Origin: an uncultured Bacillota bacterium
GTDB taxonomy: Bacteria; Sysuimicrobiota; Sysuimicrobiia; Sysuimicrobiales; Segetimicrobiaceae
Length of the DNA: 64,000 nucleotides
Assembly: GCA_963804645.1 (NCBI GenBank)
Contig: CAWDRG010000017.1
Span: 320,001-384,000 of the forward strand
Direction: 5' to 3'
Part shown: in pieces, positions 39,346-49,853 of the stretch
How the letters are laid out: every line of letters starts with the position of its first letter
Numbering within the stretch: position 1 is the stretch's first letter
Notes under the pieces: model-generated
What the model was told of the DNA's origin: nothing
The model's input: only the letters and a program-made list of their open reading frames with translations
The model's database searches: none
Position numbers and translations under genes: made by a program

Positions 39346-40318
39346 CGTCCATCTCGCAGAGCAGGTTGACGCGGTCGTTGCCGAGGCGGCGTATCTCTCG
39401 CAAAATCTTGGGTGCATCGGCCGGAAACTCCACCCGCTGCAGGGCACGACCCGCCATCGAGATTTTGCGAAAGCCGCAGTTCTGGAGCGCCCCCCAGAAT
39501 TCCTCGATCGTCGTGCCCGCGCGAGACAATGCCTTCGGATTCAACTCGACGATCAACTTCATGGTCGGATTGCGTCGACCGAGTTCGACCATGCCTTCTA
39601 ACGCCGATTTCTCGAACCCCTCGATGTCCAATTTGATCAGATCGACAGCCGGCCAATTCTGCTGGGCCGCCCACTCATCGAGCGTGGTACATTCGACCGC
39701 CATGCGAGTCACGGTCCCCGGATGAGGCGCCCGTGGGGTGGCACCTAGATGCGCCGTAACGTCCAGGCGCGTGTCTGTGTCCTCGCAGAGACGAGACAGC
39801 ATGCTTTCGGCCGGATCGACATGCAGTATGGCGTGTCCGGACGTGTTGCTCACCGCCTGGGGGACCACGTGAATCTGCTGGTCGAAGCCGTTCTCCCGAA
39901 TATTCTCTCTCAGAAGTACAACCATGTTCGACGACGGCTCAAACGCCCACACCGTACCGCCCGGGCCGGCGAGACGGGCACTGAGCAGGCTAAAGTAGCC
40001 AAGATGCGCGCCGACGTCCAGCACCCTCATGCCTGACCCGACGACCTCCTTCAACAGCCTCACCACCTCGCGATCGTGCATCCCCATGGCCAACATCTGC
40101 ACATGGTACGATGGACGGCCCTCATGATGGATGCGCAGGCCCTCCAACGGGATGGGATTGAGTACGTTCACAAAGAAGGCATGGGGAAACAGCCGGTCAT
40201 GCACAACGTACCCAAGGCGCGCGAGAACAGGAGCGAACGGCCCGGAGTGATCGAACACCCAGGCCCCGGCCCGGTGAGCGGCGCGAAGGAGAGCCAACGT
40301 CGAGCTCGTCGAGCGCAT
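39314..40318 (-). CDS. FkbM family methyltransferase
   Basis: LDVGAHLGYFS, AFEP, TTLD, IKLDIEGFE. Confidence 0.92.
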   Translation of the reverse strand: MRSTSSTLALLRAAHRAGAWVFDHSGPFAPVLARLGYVVHDRLFPHAFFVNVLNPIPLEGLRIHHEGRPSYHVQMLAMGMHDREVVRLLKEVVGSGMRVLDVGAHLGYFSLLSARLAGPGGTVWAFEPSSNMVVLLRENIRENGFDQQIHVVPQAVSNTSGHAILHVDPAESMLSRLCEDTDTRLDVTAHLGATPRAPHPGTVTRMAVECTTLDEWAAQQNWPAVDLIKLDIEGFEKSALEGMVELGRRNPTMKLIVELNPKALSRAGTTIEEFWGALQNCGFRKISMAGRALQRVEFPADAPKILREIRRLGNDRVNLLCEMDATQPSYPAHV

Positions 40319-40617
40319 GTCCCGTCCGCACGCTCCTCTCAGCATGGCCTCACACGATGCGCGAGGCATGCGGGTGCACGCAACCGATCTGAAGGAGAGG
40401 GTTGCAGGAGCGGACCTCTACGCCCCAAAAACCATTGGAATAGTACACGTTTCCGCGCGACTCTCCTCCCCGACGGGAGGGGCTGCGGCGGTGCACGACC
40501 ACCCGTGGCAATGTCGCAACGGACGGATCCAGGTTCGCGGCCTGGCGGGCTCGCCAGAGTGTCGCCGGGCCGTCACGCTCAGGGATCGGTCGTTCCAGTG
40601 TTGGGAGGAAACGTTGC

Positions 40618-41634
40618 ATGCAGGTGGCGCGGATCGGTCGCAGTGGATTGTCGGTAAGCCGCTTGTCCCTGGGCTCGATGTACTTTGGCGGAAAAACTCC
40701 GGAGCGAGAGGCCGTGCAGATGATGGCAACGGCGCTCGAGGCCGGAATCTTCTTTTGGGACACCAGCAACATGTACAACGCCGGGCGGAGCGAAGAGGTG
40801 GTGGGGCGCGGCCTTCGCGAGCTGGCGGCTCGCGACCGCGTCGTGCTCGCGAGCAAGGTCTTCTATCCGATGGGCGCCGGCCCGAACGATCGAGGCGCCG
40901 GCCGCCGCCACATTCTGCGAGAACTCGACGCGCAGCTTCGGCGCCTGCAGACTGATTGGATCGATCTCTACTATCTCCACCGGTGCGACTTCGAAACACC
41001 GCTTGACGAAACGATTGCAACCCTGGACGCGTGCATACGTGCCGGCAAGATTCGGTACTGGGCCACCAGCACGTTTCCGAGCTGGCGCATGGCGGAAGCG
41101 TGGTGGCGCTGCGAACAACGGGGATGGAGCCACCCGATCTGCGAACAGGCCCCATACAACCTGCTGGACCGGCGCGTCGAGAGCGAACGGCTCGCCTTCC
41201 TGCGAGAGTATGACTGGGGGCTCGTGTGCTGGTCCCCGCTCGCGGCCGGGCTCCTCAGCGGGAAATACGGGATCGACGCGATGGAGACCCCGCCCGCCGG
41301 AACGAGGCTCTCCGATCTCCACCAGCGGTACCAGAGCCGGGTCGGTACCCTGGGCCTGTCCAAGGCGGAGGAACTGGCCCGCTTGGCCCGCCGGGCCGGC
41401 CTCGATCCCATCCACCTGGCGATCGCCTGGCTCCTGCACCAGGACGGTGTGACGGCCGCCGTAATCGGGCCGAGAACTCTGGAGCACCTGCAGACATACA
41501 TCGGAGCCGCTGACGTCACCCTGGATCGTTCGCTGCTGAACGACGTGGATGCGATTGTGCCCCCTGGGTCGGCGTTCGCCGACTTTCACGACACGTCCGG
41601 ATGGTACGTGGGTACGCTGTCCCATGCCGGCTGA
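40618..41634 (+). CDS. Aldo/keto reductase
   Basis: DTSNMY, SEEVVG, LRRLQTDWIDLYYLH, WSPLAAGLLSGKY. Confidence 0.95.
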   Translation: MQVARIGRSGLSVSRLSLGSMYFGGKTPEREAVQMMATALEAGIFFWDTSNMYNAGRSEEVVGRGLRELAARDRVVLASKVFYPMGAGPNDRGAGRRHILRELDAQLRRLQTDWIDLYYLHRCDFETPLDETIATLDACIRAGKIRYWATSTFPSWRMAEAWWRCEQRGWSHPICEQAPYNLLDRRVESERLAFLREYDWGLVCWSPLAAGLLSGKYGIDAMETPPAGTRLSDLHQRYQSRVGTLGLSKAEELARLARRAGLDPIHLAIAWLLHQDGVTAAVIGPRTLEHLQTYIGAADVTLDRSLLNDVDAIVPPGSAFADFHDTSGWYVGTLSHAG

Positions 41635-41743
41635 TATCCGCGCACCCGTCCGGTTCGCCGGGTCACCCCGGGGCAGGCCTCCCGCGCCATCTGCGGGCGT
41701 CCTAATCTCGGGGAAGCGGTGACCAATGCTCAGGAGGACTGCC

Positions 41744-42241
41744 ATGGATCTCACTGTCGAGACGATCGCCGCACGGCTTCGCAGACTTGAGGACGAGCGA
41801 GATGTGGTGCGCACGCTGTACCGATACGGACACGGTCTCGACTATGGTCCCGAGGCGGCGTTCTTGGACGTGTTTACCGAGAACGGGAAGTGGATGCGCG
41901 TCGCAGGTCGGAAGCCCGCGCGCAGCTTCGAGGGAGTTCGCGGACTCGCCCAGATGTTTGGCGATCATACGCACGCACCGCAGTTCTATCACAAGCACGT
42001 GGTGGTCAACCCGCAGGTCGACATCGAAGGCGATACGGCAACGGCCGTCAGCTACCTCATCTTCATGTGCGACCACCCCGACGGGCCCTACGTTCGAGCG
42101 TTCAGCCGCTGCCATGATCACCTCGTGCGATGTCCCGATGGGCGCTGGCGGATCGAAACGCGCAAGGCGGAACTGGAATCGTGGGCCGACCGTGATTTTC
42201 CTCCCACCCCGTGGCTGACCTTGCCGCCCGAGGTGCGATGA
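41744..42241 (+). CDS. SnoaL-like / NTF2-family protein
   Basis: RLRRLEDERDV..TLYRYGHGLD, HVVVNPQVDIEGDTA, DGRWRI; RBS AGGAGG. Confidence 0.88.
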   Translation: MDLTVETIAARLRRLEDERDVVRTLYRYGHGLDYGPEAAFLDVFTENGKWMRVAGRKPARSFEGVRGLAQMFGDHTHAPQFYHKHVVVNPQVDIEGDTATAVSYLIFMCDHPDGPYVRAFSRCHDHLVRCPDGRWRIETRKAELESWADRDFPPTPWLTLPPEVR

Positions 42242-42410
42242 TCACACACCAGACCTGAGACGTGCGGCCCTTGCGCGCAGCCGGTCGCCCCCCGGTGCCC
42301 TTGGCCAGGAAGACGGCCGTTCATTGCGAAGATATAACCTCGGCAGCGCGTCCGTGGCCAGAAGTACGCCGCGGGAGATTCCCGGCATCGCGATGACGCA
42401 GCGGGGAGGC

Positions 42411-43019
42411 ATGCTGATGACAACGAAGCGGAAGGGCGCTCGAGCTCAGCGACGCCCGGGCCGGACGGTCCCGGCGAGGAAGACGAAGCGGCAGGCGTCG
42501 CCATCGTCCCGTTCCCGCCGCCCGGCACGGGAGGGCCCGGCCGCCCGCGACCGGGTGCTGCGGCAGGACGTCGCGCAGCTCCTCAGCGGGCGAGGCGCAC
42601 ACGTGACGTTCGACAAGGCGGTGGCAAACTTACCCTTCGCATTGCAGGGCGCCAAACCACCCGGCGCCCCGTATAGTCCGTGGCAGCAACTGGAACACCT
42701 GCGGCTCGCCCAGCGCGATATCCTCGACTACGTCACGGATCCGCACTACGTCGAGCGCGACTGGCCGGACGATTACTGGCCGACCGAGCTCCCGCCGACG
42801 CAGGAGTCGTGGGACGATGCCGTGCACGCGTTCGAGGCGGACCGCGGCGCGTTCGTCAAGCTCGTCACGAACCCCGCGATCGACCTGCTCGCGCGGGTTC
42901 CGCACGATCCCAAGGGTCCGACGATTCTCCATGAGGCCCTGCTCGTCGCAGATCACAACGCGTATCATCTCGGCCAGCTGATCGTGCTGCGCCGGGCTCT
43001 CGGGGCGTGGACCGACTAA
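42411..43019 (+). CDS. DinB family protein
   Basis: SPWQQLEHLRLAQRDIL, DHNAYHLGQL; basic N-terminal extension. Confidence 0.88.
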   Translation: MLMTTKRKGARAQRRPGRTVPARKTKRQASPSSRSRRPAREGPAARDRVLRQDVAQLLSGRGAHVTFDKAVANLPFALQGAKPPGAPYSPWQQLEHLRLAQRDILDYVTDPHYVERDWPDDYWPTELPPTQESWDDAVHAFEADRGAFVKLVTNPAIDLLARVPHDPKGPTILHEALLVADHNAYHLGQLIVLRRALGAWTD

Positions 43020-43071
43020 CATCCCGCTAACCGGACGCGCCTATCGGGCCGGCGCTGCCCGGGCGCTCGAG

Positions 43072-43888
43072 CTACGCGTCGGTGGTATCGGGGTACTCGA
43101 CCCGCACGAGGTACAGGCCGTGGGCCGGCGCGGTCGGGCCGGTCCGCGCGTTGTCGGCATCCCCGAGGAAGGCCGCGGGGGCCTCGGGGGCCAGACGGCG
43201 CCGCCCCACCCGCAGCAGCGTACCAACCAGCATGCGCACCATGTGCCGGAGAAAGTGGTCTGCGGTGATCTCCAGCACGATCAGGTCGTCGTGCCGCCGC
43301 CACGCCGCCTCCCGGACGTTGCATACCGTCGTTTTCGGCTGGCTGCCGGCCCCGCTGTAGGCCGCAAAGTCGTGCGGGCCGAGAAACGGCGCGAGCGCCC
43401 GCTGCATCGTCTCCAGATCGAGCGGCTCGGACACGTGATGCACGCGGTGACGGAGCAGCGCCGACGGCGCCGGCCGATTTAGCACGTCGTACCGGTACGT
43501 GCGCGAGGTCGCATCGAACCGCGCGTGAAAGCCCGCCGGCATGTCGCGCGCCTCAAGGACCCGGATGTCCGGCGGCAGGTGCGCGTTGAGCGCCCCCGGG
43601 ACGCGCGCGGCCGGGATCCGGCTCGACGTCACGAGGTGCGGCGCTCTGCCCCCAGGCATGCACGCCGGCGTCCGTGCGTCCGGCACCGACGACGTCGACC
43701 CGCTCGCCCGTGATCTCGCGCGCCGCGGCTTCCAGCGTCGCTTGGACGGACGGGGCGCGTGAGACCGCAGTATCCTGACGCTGCCAGCCGCAGTAGCCGG
43801 TCCCGTCGTATTCGATCACCAGCCGGAGCGTCCGCCCCTCCGACCGTGCCGGGGCGTCACCCGCGCGCCCCCCGGGCTCCCCGGTCAC
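43072..43888 (-). CDS. truA: tRNA pseudouridine(38-40) synthase, apparent single-base frameshift near 43640
   Basis: [13 protein letters not shown] and [10 protein letters not shown] in one frame; FHARFDA, FLRHMVR, PAHGLYL in another. Confidence 0.92.
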
Positions 43889-44700
43889 CGCCACCACCGC
43901 GCGGGTCCGAGCGCCACGACCGCCGCGGCCGCCAGCAGGACCCCGGCCACCCAGTCGCGGGGGGCGAAGTGCAGCTCCTTCATGCGCGTCCGATGTTCGC
44001 CGCCGCGGTAGCACCGGGCCTCCATGGCGAGCGCAAGGGCTTCGGCCCGGCGGAACGCCCCGATGAACAGCGGCACCAGCAGCGGCAGGAACGCCTTGGC
44101 GCGACGCATCGGGCTGCCCCGCGAGAATTCCGCGCCGCGGGCGATCTGCGCCTTCATGATCTTGTCGGCCTCTTCGACGAGCGTCGGGATGAACCGCAGC
44201 GCGATCGTCATCATCAGCGCAAACTCGTGGGTCGACACGCCCACGCGCTGCAGAGGACGGAGCAGCCGCTCGAGGCCGTCGGTCATCTCCACCGGGGACG
44301 TCGTAAACGTCATCAGCGAGGTCGACGCGACCAGCAGCAGCAGCCGGTAGCCATAAAACAGGCCGAGATCCAGATTCTCGCGGGTGATGACGAGCGGACC
44401 CCGTTGGAACAGCGGGTGGCCGCCGCCCTCTCCGAACAGCACCTGGAAGACGACCGCGATTCCCACGAGCCAGAATACCGGCCGAAGCCCGCGGAGAGCG
44501 TAGCCGAGCGGGATCCGGGCGGCGAGCAGCACCGCGCCCAGGACGACGGTCAGCCACGCGAGCCCGGCCGCCGACCGGGTCGCGAACACCACGGCGATCA
44601 AGACGATCGTTGCCAGGATCTTCGTGCGGGGATCGAGCCGGTGAACGGGCGAGTCCACGGGCAGGTACTGCCCGAACGAAAGGCCGCGCAGCAGGTCCAC
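43885..44700 (-). CDS. ecfT: ECF transporter transmembrane T component
   Basis: [33 protein letters not shown]. Confidence 0.93.
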   Translation of the reverse strand: MDLLRGLSFGQYLPVDSPVHRLDPRTKILATIVLIAVVFATRSAAGLAWLTVVLGAVLLAARIPLGYALRGLRPVFWLVGIAVVFQVLFGEGGGHPLFQRGPLVITRENLDLGLFYGYRLLLLVASTSLMTFTTSPVEMTDGLERLLRPLQRVGVSTHEFALMMTIALRFIPTLVEEADKIMKAQIARGAEFSRGSPMRRAKAFLPLLVPLFIGAFRRAEALALAMEARCYRGGEHRTRMKELHFAPRDWVAGVLLAAAAVVALGPARWWR

Positions 44701-44705
44701 GACCC

Positions 44706-46499
44706 CTAGCCCCCCGCCTGCTCGAGCGCCAGGGCGTCCAGAATCGCGCCCCGTGCCTCGCCGACGGTGAGCACGTCCCGACGGACGGGGAGGCCCCGCC
44801 CGCGCAGGAGGCGCGCGCACTGGGCCACCTGGGGAAGCCCGAGACCGAGGGCGACGAGCCGGTCTGGGTCGCTGAACACCTCACGGATCGGCCCGTCCGC
44901 CACGACGCGCCCGCGGTCCATCACGATCAACCGCTCGCACAGCCGGGCGACGGCGTCCATGCTGTGCGAAATCAACACGATCGTGAGCCCGCGTGCGTCG
45001 CGCAGCCGGACGACGTGATCCAGGATCTCGCGGCGTCCCTGCGGGTCGAGCCCCGCCGTGGGTTCGTCGAGGATCAGCACCCGCGGCTCCATCGCCAACA
45101 GGCCGGCGAGCGCGGCACGCCGCTTCTCGCCGTTGCTCAGCGTGAACGGGGAGCGCGGCCCGAACACGACCGGATCGAGGCCCACCTGGACGAGCGCGCG
45201 ATCCACGCGCTCGCGGATCGCCGCCTCGTCGATCCCAAGGTTCCGGGGCCCGAACGCGACGTCCTGACTCACGGTTTCCTCGAACAGCTGGTGCTCCGGG
45301 TACTGAAACAGCAGGCCGATCTCCTGGTGCACCCGCCGCCGATCGACCTCTTTCGCCTGAATGTCCACGTCGTCCAAGTAGACGCGGCCGCGCGTAGGGC
45401 GAAGCAACCCGTTGAGATGTTGGGCCAGCGTGGACTTGCCGGAGCCACTCGCCCCGATCAGCCCCACGATCTCCCCTGGGCGAATCTCGACGGACACGTC
45501 GACGAGTGCCGCCGCCTCGAGCGGCGTCCCGCGCTGGTAGACGTAGGACACGCCGTCGCACCTGAGCATCGGGCCGGCCGCGCGCGGCCGCGTACGGCCG
45601 GCCCGCCTGCCCACCCTGCTGGGCCGCCGGCGCACCGCCGCGCCTCCGCCGCGAAGCGCGGCGACCGCGTCGACAAGCGCCTCGACCGTGAGCAGGGCCG
45701 GCGGCAGCGAACATCCCGCGTCCGCGAGCCGCCGCCCGAGCTGCGTGACCTCCGGCGGCTCGAGCCGCAGCGCGCGCAGCGCGTCCTCACGCGCGAACAC
45801 ATCCGCGGGCGTCCCTTCAAGCACCACCCGCCCCTCGGCGAGCACCACGATCCGGTCCGCGAGGGCCGCCTCCTCCATGGCGTGCGTGATCAGCACCAGC
45901 GTGAGGCCCTCGTCGCGGCACAGTGCGAGCGCGGTCTCCATGACCTCCCGCTGCCCGTGTGGGTCGAGCATCGACGTCGCCTCGTCCAGCACGAGGCAGC
46001 GCGGCCGCATCGCGAGCACACCGGCGATGGCGACCCGCTGCTTTTGACCGCCCGACAGCAGGTGGGGCGGCCTCCGGCGCACCGCCTCGAGATCGACCGT
46101 GCGCAGCGCCGCATCAACGCGCGCGCGGATCTCCGCGGAGGGCACCCCGAGATTCTCACAGCCGAACGCGACGTCCTCTTCCACGACCGCGGCCACGATC
46201 TGATCGTCGGGCTGCTCGAAAATCATGCCGACGCGCCCCCGCACCTCCCAGACCGCGTCCGCGTCCCGCGTGTTGAGCCCATCGACCACGACGTCCCCGT
46301 CCGTCGGAATCAGCAGCGCGTTGAGGTGCCGGGCGAGGGTGCTCTTGCCGGAGCCGTTGCCGCCGACGATCGCGACGCACTCGCCGGGGAAGACGTCGAG
46401 GTCGATCCCGTGAAGCGCGGGGACCGCCTGCGGGGTGCCGTGCTGGTAGGTATGACGCAGCCCCCGGACTCGAATGAGCGCGGGGGCAGCGGAGGCCAT
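44706..46499 (-). CDS. ecfA: ECF transporter ATPase, EcfA1-EcfA2 in a single ORF
   Basis: Two ATPase domains ([19 protein letters not shown] and [19 protein letters not shown]) joined by an Arg-rich linker. Confidence 0.9.
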   Translation of the reverse strand: MASAAPALIRVRGLRHTYQHGTPQAVPALHGIDLDVFPGECVAIVGGNGSGKSTLARHLNALLIPTDGDVVVDGLNTRDADAVWEVRGRVGMIFEQPDDQIVAAVVEEDVAFGCENLGVPSAEIRARVDAALRTVDLEAVRRRPPHLLSGGQKQRVAIAGVLAMRPRCLVLDEATSMLDPHGQREVMETALALCRDEGLTLVLITHAMEEAALADRIVVLAEGRVVLEGTPADVFAREDALRALRLEPPEVTQLGRRLADAGCSLPPALLTVEALVDAVAALRGGGAAVRRRPSRVGRRAGRTRPRAAGPMLRCDGVSYVYQRGTPLEAAALVDVSVEIRPGEIVGLIGASGSGKSTLAQHLNGLLRPTRGRVYLDDVDIQAKEVDRRRVHQEIGLLFQYPEHQLFEETVSQDVAFGPRNLGIDEAAIRERVDRALVQVGLDPVVFGPRSPFTLSNGEKRRAALAGLLAMEPRVLILDEPTAGLDPQGRREILDHVVRLRDARGLTIVLISHSMDAVARLCERLIVMDRGRVVADGPIREVFSDPDRLVALGLGLPQVAQCARLLRGRGLPVRRDVLTVGEARGAILDALALEQAGG

Positions 46500-46530
46500 C
46501 GGTGAGCGGTGCCCCGGACGGGGCCCGGGA

Positions 46531-46887
46531 CTACTTGAGCAACTCGAGCAGCGCCATCGGGGCGGCGTCGCCGCGCCGGGCTCCGGTGCGCACGATTCGG
46601 GTGTACCCGCCTTGTCCCTTCTGATAGCGCGGGGCGATCGTGGTAAACAGCCGCCGAAGAATCGTCCGGTCGGGGATCAGCTTGGCGATCTGGCGGCGGG
46701 CGGCGAGATCGTTCTGCAGCGCCAGATCGATCATCCGATCCGCCACCTTCTTCGTTTCCTTGGCCTTGGACTCGGTCGTGGAAATGCGTTCGTACACGAT
46801 CAGCGACGCGAGCAGCCCGCGGAACAGTGCGGTCCGCGCGCCGGTATCGCGTCCAAGCCGCCGGCCCCGCTGGCCGAGCTGTCCCAT
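46531..46887 (-). CDS. rplQ: 50S ribosomal protein L17
   Basis: [34 protein letters not shown]. Confidence 0.96.
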   Translation of the reverse strand: MGQLGQRGRRLGRDTGARTALFRGLLASLIVYERISTTESKAKETKKVADRMIDLALQNDLAARRQIAKLIPDRTILRRLFTTIAPRYQKGQGGYTRIVRTGARRGDAAPMALLELLK

Positions 46888-47823
46888 CAGGCGCCCCTCC
46901 GGCGCAGTTCGAGCCCGAGCGCCGCGAGCTTTTCCTTCACTTCGTCGAGCGATTTCCGTCCGAAGTTCTTGACGTTCACGACCTCGTCCTCGGTCCGCTG
47001 AAGCAGGTCGCCGAGGGTGTTGATCCCCGCGCGCTTCAAGCAGTTGTAGGGGCGCACGGACAGGTCGAGCTCCTCGATCGGCATCGTGGCGAGCTTGTTC
47101 GTCTCGTCCGTCTGCGGCCCGACCGGCACTTCCGCGCCCGCGGCGGTCCCCAGGAACAGCCGGAAGTAGTCGATCAGCAGGCGCGCCGACTCCTGGAGCG
47201 CCTCCTCGGGCCGGATGCTGCCGTCGGTCCACACCTCGAACACGAGCCGGTCGAAGTCCGTGGCATGGCCGACCCGGGTGTCCTCGATCGTGTAGTTGAC
47301 CTTCTGGATCGGCGAGAACACCGAGTCCACCGGGATGACGCCGATCACATGCTCGCTCTTGCGGTGCCGCTCGACCGGCACGTAGCCCTTTCCCGCGCTC
47401 GACCACCAGCTCCATGACGAGGTGCGCGTTCTTCCCGTCGAGCGTCGCAATGTGCAGATCGGGGTTGAGGATCTCCACCTCGGCGTCCGGCTGCAGGTCG
47501 CCGGCCGTCACGTCGCGCTTCCCCTTCACATCCAGCCGCAGCAGCTTCGGCTTGTCGCTGTGCAGCTTGAACGACAGCTCCTTCAGGTTGAGAATGAGCT
47601 GCGTCACATCCTCCACCACGCCCGAGATCGTGGAAAACTCGTGCAGCACGTTCTCGATCTTCACCGACGTCACCGCGGCGCCGGGGATCGACGAGAGCAG
47701 CACCCTGCGGAGCGCGTTCCCCAGCGTCACGCCGAAGCCGCGGTCAAGCGGCTCCACCACAAACTTCCCATAGGTGTCGGACAGCTCCGCGTACTCGATC
47801 TTTGGTTTCGTAATCTCCCACAC
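46887..47823 (-). CDS. rpoA: RNA polymerase alpha subunit, apparent single-base frameshift near 47390
   Basis: [22 protein letters not shown] in one frame; GYVP...IEELDLSVR...[10 protein letters not shown] in another. Confidence 0.95.
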
Positions 47824-47904
47824 GCCCGTCAACCCCCTCTGGGGAACGCGCAACGCGGCCAATGTCTGTTCGTCCATTGCCATTTCGCTCAAACCCTCCG
47901 CGAC

Positions 47905-48531
47905 TTATCGGGAATAGTACTCGATGATCAACTGCTCATGCACCGGTGCGTCGATGTCTTCTCGGGCGGGCCAGCCGAGCATGCGGCCCGACAGCTGGTC
48001 CGGATGGTACTCGAGCCACGCGGGCAGGCCGCGCCCCGGCGGGGTCCCCGCCAGCGCCTTGAAGTGCGGCAGGCTCCGGCTTCCCTCGGCCACCCCGATC
48101 GTCGCCCCCGGACGTACCAGCGCCGCGGGGACGGAGACCTTCCGGCCGTCGACCGTGATATGGCCGTGCGCCACGAGCTGCCGCGCCGCTTTGCGGCTCG
48201 AGGCCAGCCCGAGCCGGTACACGAGGTTGTCGAGGCGGCTCTCCAGCAGCTGCAGCAAGCGCGTGCCGGTCACACCCGTGGCCCGAGACGCCATCTCGAA
48301 GTAGCGCTTGAACTGGCCCTCGTAGACACCGTAGAACCGGCGCAGCCGCTGCTTCTCCCGCAGCCGGATGGCAAAATCGGACGGCTTGCGTCGGCTCGGC
48401 GGATGCATGCCCGGCGGCGTCGTGTCCTTGGCGACGGGACACTTATCGGTATAGCACTTCTCGCCCTTAAGATAGAGCTTCATGCCTTCGCGGCGGCACA
48501 GCCGGCAGACCGCCTCGTGATACCGTCCCAT
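47905..48531 (-). CDS. rpsD: 30S ribosomal protein S4
   Basis: CRLCRREG, LESRLDNLVYRLG, IIEYYSR. Confidence 0.98.
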   Translation of the reverse strand: MGRYHEAVCRLCRREGMKLYLKGEKCYTDKCPVAKDTTPPGMHPPSRRKPSDFAIRLREKQRLRRFYGVYEGQFKRYFEMASRATGVTGTRLLQLLESRLDNLVYRLGLASSRKAARQLVAHGHITVDGRKVSVPAALVRPGATIGVAEGSRSLPHFKALAGTPPGRGLPAWLEYHPDQLSGRMLGWPAREDIDAPVHEQLIIEYYSR

Positions 48532-48540
48532 AATGCCTCC

Positions 48541-48927
48541 TTACACCCGCCGCCGCTTCGGTGGCCGGCACCCGTTGTGCGGGATGGGTGTGACATCCTT
48601 AATGAGGTTCACTTCCAGCCCGGCGGTCTGCAGCGACCGGATCGCGGCCTCACGTCCGGACCCCGGGCCCTTCACGAACACCTCGACCTGGCGCAGGCCG
48701 TGCTCCATCGCCTTGCGCGCCGCGTTCTCTGCCGCGAGCCCGGCCGCGAACGGGGTGCCCTTGCGGGACCCCTTGAACCCCGACGTCCCGGCGCTCGACC
48801 ACGCGAGCACGTTGCCCTGGAGGTCGCTGATCGTGACCACGGTGTTGTTGAACGTCGACTGAATATGCGCGATGCCCGCCGGAACGTTCTTCCGCTCCTT
48901 ACGCCGCCCGGTTGGTCCCTTCGCCAT
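48541..48927 (-). CDS. rpsK: 30S ribosomal protein S11
   Basis: [24 protein letters not shown]. Confidence 0.98.
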   Translation of the reverse strand: MAKGPTGRRKERKNVPAGIAHIQSTFNNTVVTISDLQGNVLAWSSAGTSGFKGSRKGTPFAAGLAAENAARKAMEHGLRQVEVFVKGPGSGREAAIRSLQTAGLEVNLIKDVTPIPHNGCRPPKRRRV

Positions 48928-48968
48928 TTCGTCCTCCTCGACTCCGCGAGTCCGTTCTCAGCGAGCTG

Positions 48969-49364
48969 CTACGACGCGGCCGGAGCCGGCGTCGCCTTGG
49001 CGCGCCGCGCACCGACCGTCTTCTTCGGGCCCTTGCGCGTCCGTGCGTTGGTCCGCGTCCGCTGGCCGCGCACCGGAAGCCCGCGCCGGTGCCGCAGCCC
49101 GCGGTAGCTCCCGATTTCGATGAGCCGCCGGATGTCCATCGCCACATCGCGGCGCAGATCGCCCTCGACCTTGTAGTTGCGGTCGATGACCTCGCGGAGG
49201 CGCGTCACTTCTTCCTCCGTGAGGCTACGCACCCGCGTGTCGGGCGAGATGCCGGTGATCTGAAGGATCTCCCCGGCGCGGCTGCGCCCGATCCCATAGA
49301 TGTAGGTCAGCGCCACTTCCACGCGCTTGTCCCGCGGCAGATCTACCCCTGCGATGCGCGCCAT
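48969..49364 (-). CDS. rpsM: 30S ribosomal protein S13
   Basis: [28 protein letters not shown]. Confidence 0.98.
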   Translation of the reverse strand: MARIAGVDLPRDKRVEVALTYIYGIGRSRAGEILQITGISPDTRVRSLTEEEVTRLREVIDRNYKVEGDLRRDVAMDIRRLIEIGSYRGLRHRRGLPVRGQRTRTNARTRKGPKKTVGARRAKATPAPAAS

Positions 49365-49388
49365 CGTGCCCCTCCTCGCGGTCTCGCT

Positions 49389-49502
49389 CTACCCCTGCTT
49401 CTGCTTGTGCTTCGGATTCTCACAGATCACCATCACGCGGTTCCCCCGCTTGATGATCTTGCACTTCTCGCACATGCGCTTCACGGATGCCCTGACCTTC
49501 AT
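49389..49502 (-). CDS. rpmJ: 50S ribosomal protein L36 (absent from the ORF track)
   Basis: Translates to [37 protein letters not shown]. Confidence 0.97.
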   Translation of the reverse strand: MKVRASVKRMCEKCKIIKRGNRVMVICENPKHKQKQG

Positions 49503-49569
49503 CTGACCCCTCCTGCCGCCAGCGGCGGCGCCGCCCGCCCGCCTCCCGGGTGGGACGCGGTGCGGCGGC

Positions 49570-49788
49570 CTACCTAAATCGGTATGTAATCCGGCCGCGC
49601 GTCGGATCGTACGGCGACAGCTCCACCTTCACGCGGTCTCCCGGGAGGATACGAATAAAATGGATGCGCATTTTCCCCGAGATATGAGCCAGCACCTTGT
49701 GGCCGGTCGACAACTCCACCCGAAACATGGCGTTCGGAAGGATCTCTACGACGGTGCCTTCGACCTCGATCACATCTTTCTTGGCCAT
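49570..49788 (-). CDS. infA: Translation initiation factor IF-1
   Basis: [11 protein letters not shown]...HISGKMR...SPYD. Confidence 0.98.
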   Translation of the reverse strand: MAKKDVIEVEGTVVEILPNAMFRVELSTGHKVLAHISGKMRIHFIRILPGDRVKVELSPYDPTRGRITYRFR

Positions 49789-49824
49789 CCACGCTCCTTC
49801 GGGCTATAACACCCGCAACACAAT

Positions 49825-49853
49825 ATTATACCGACGCGGGGTTAGGAAGTCTA
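49825..49853 (-). promoter_or_regulatory. Internal sigma70 promoter upstream of infA
   Basis: TAGACT, 17 bp, TATAAT on the minus strand, overlapping the map 3' end. Confidence 0.7.

Noticed and set aside
46531..47892. Apparent 453-aa RpoA-L17 fusion ORF
   Set aside because: Produced by the single-base frameshift in rpoA; rplQ has its own ATG at 46887
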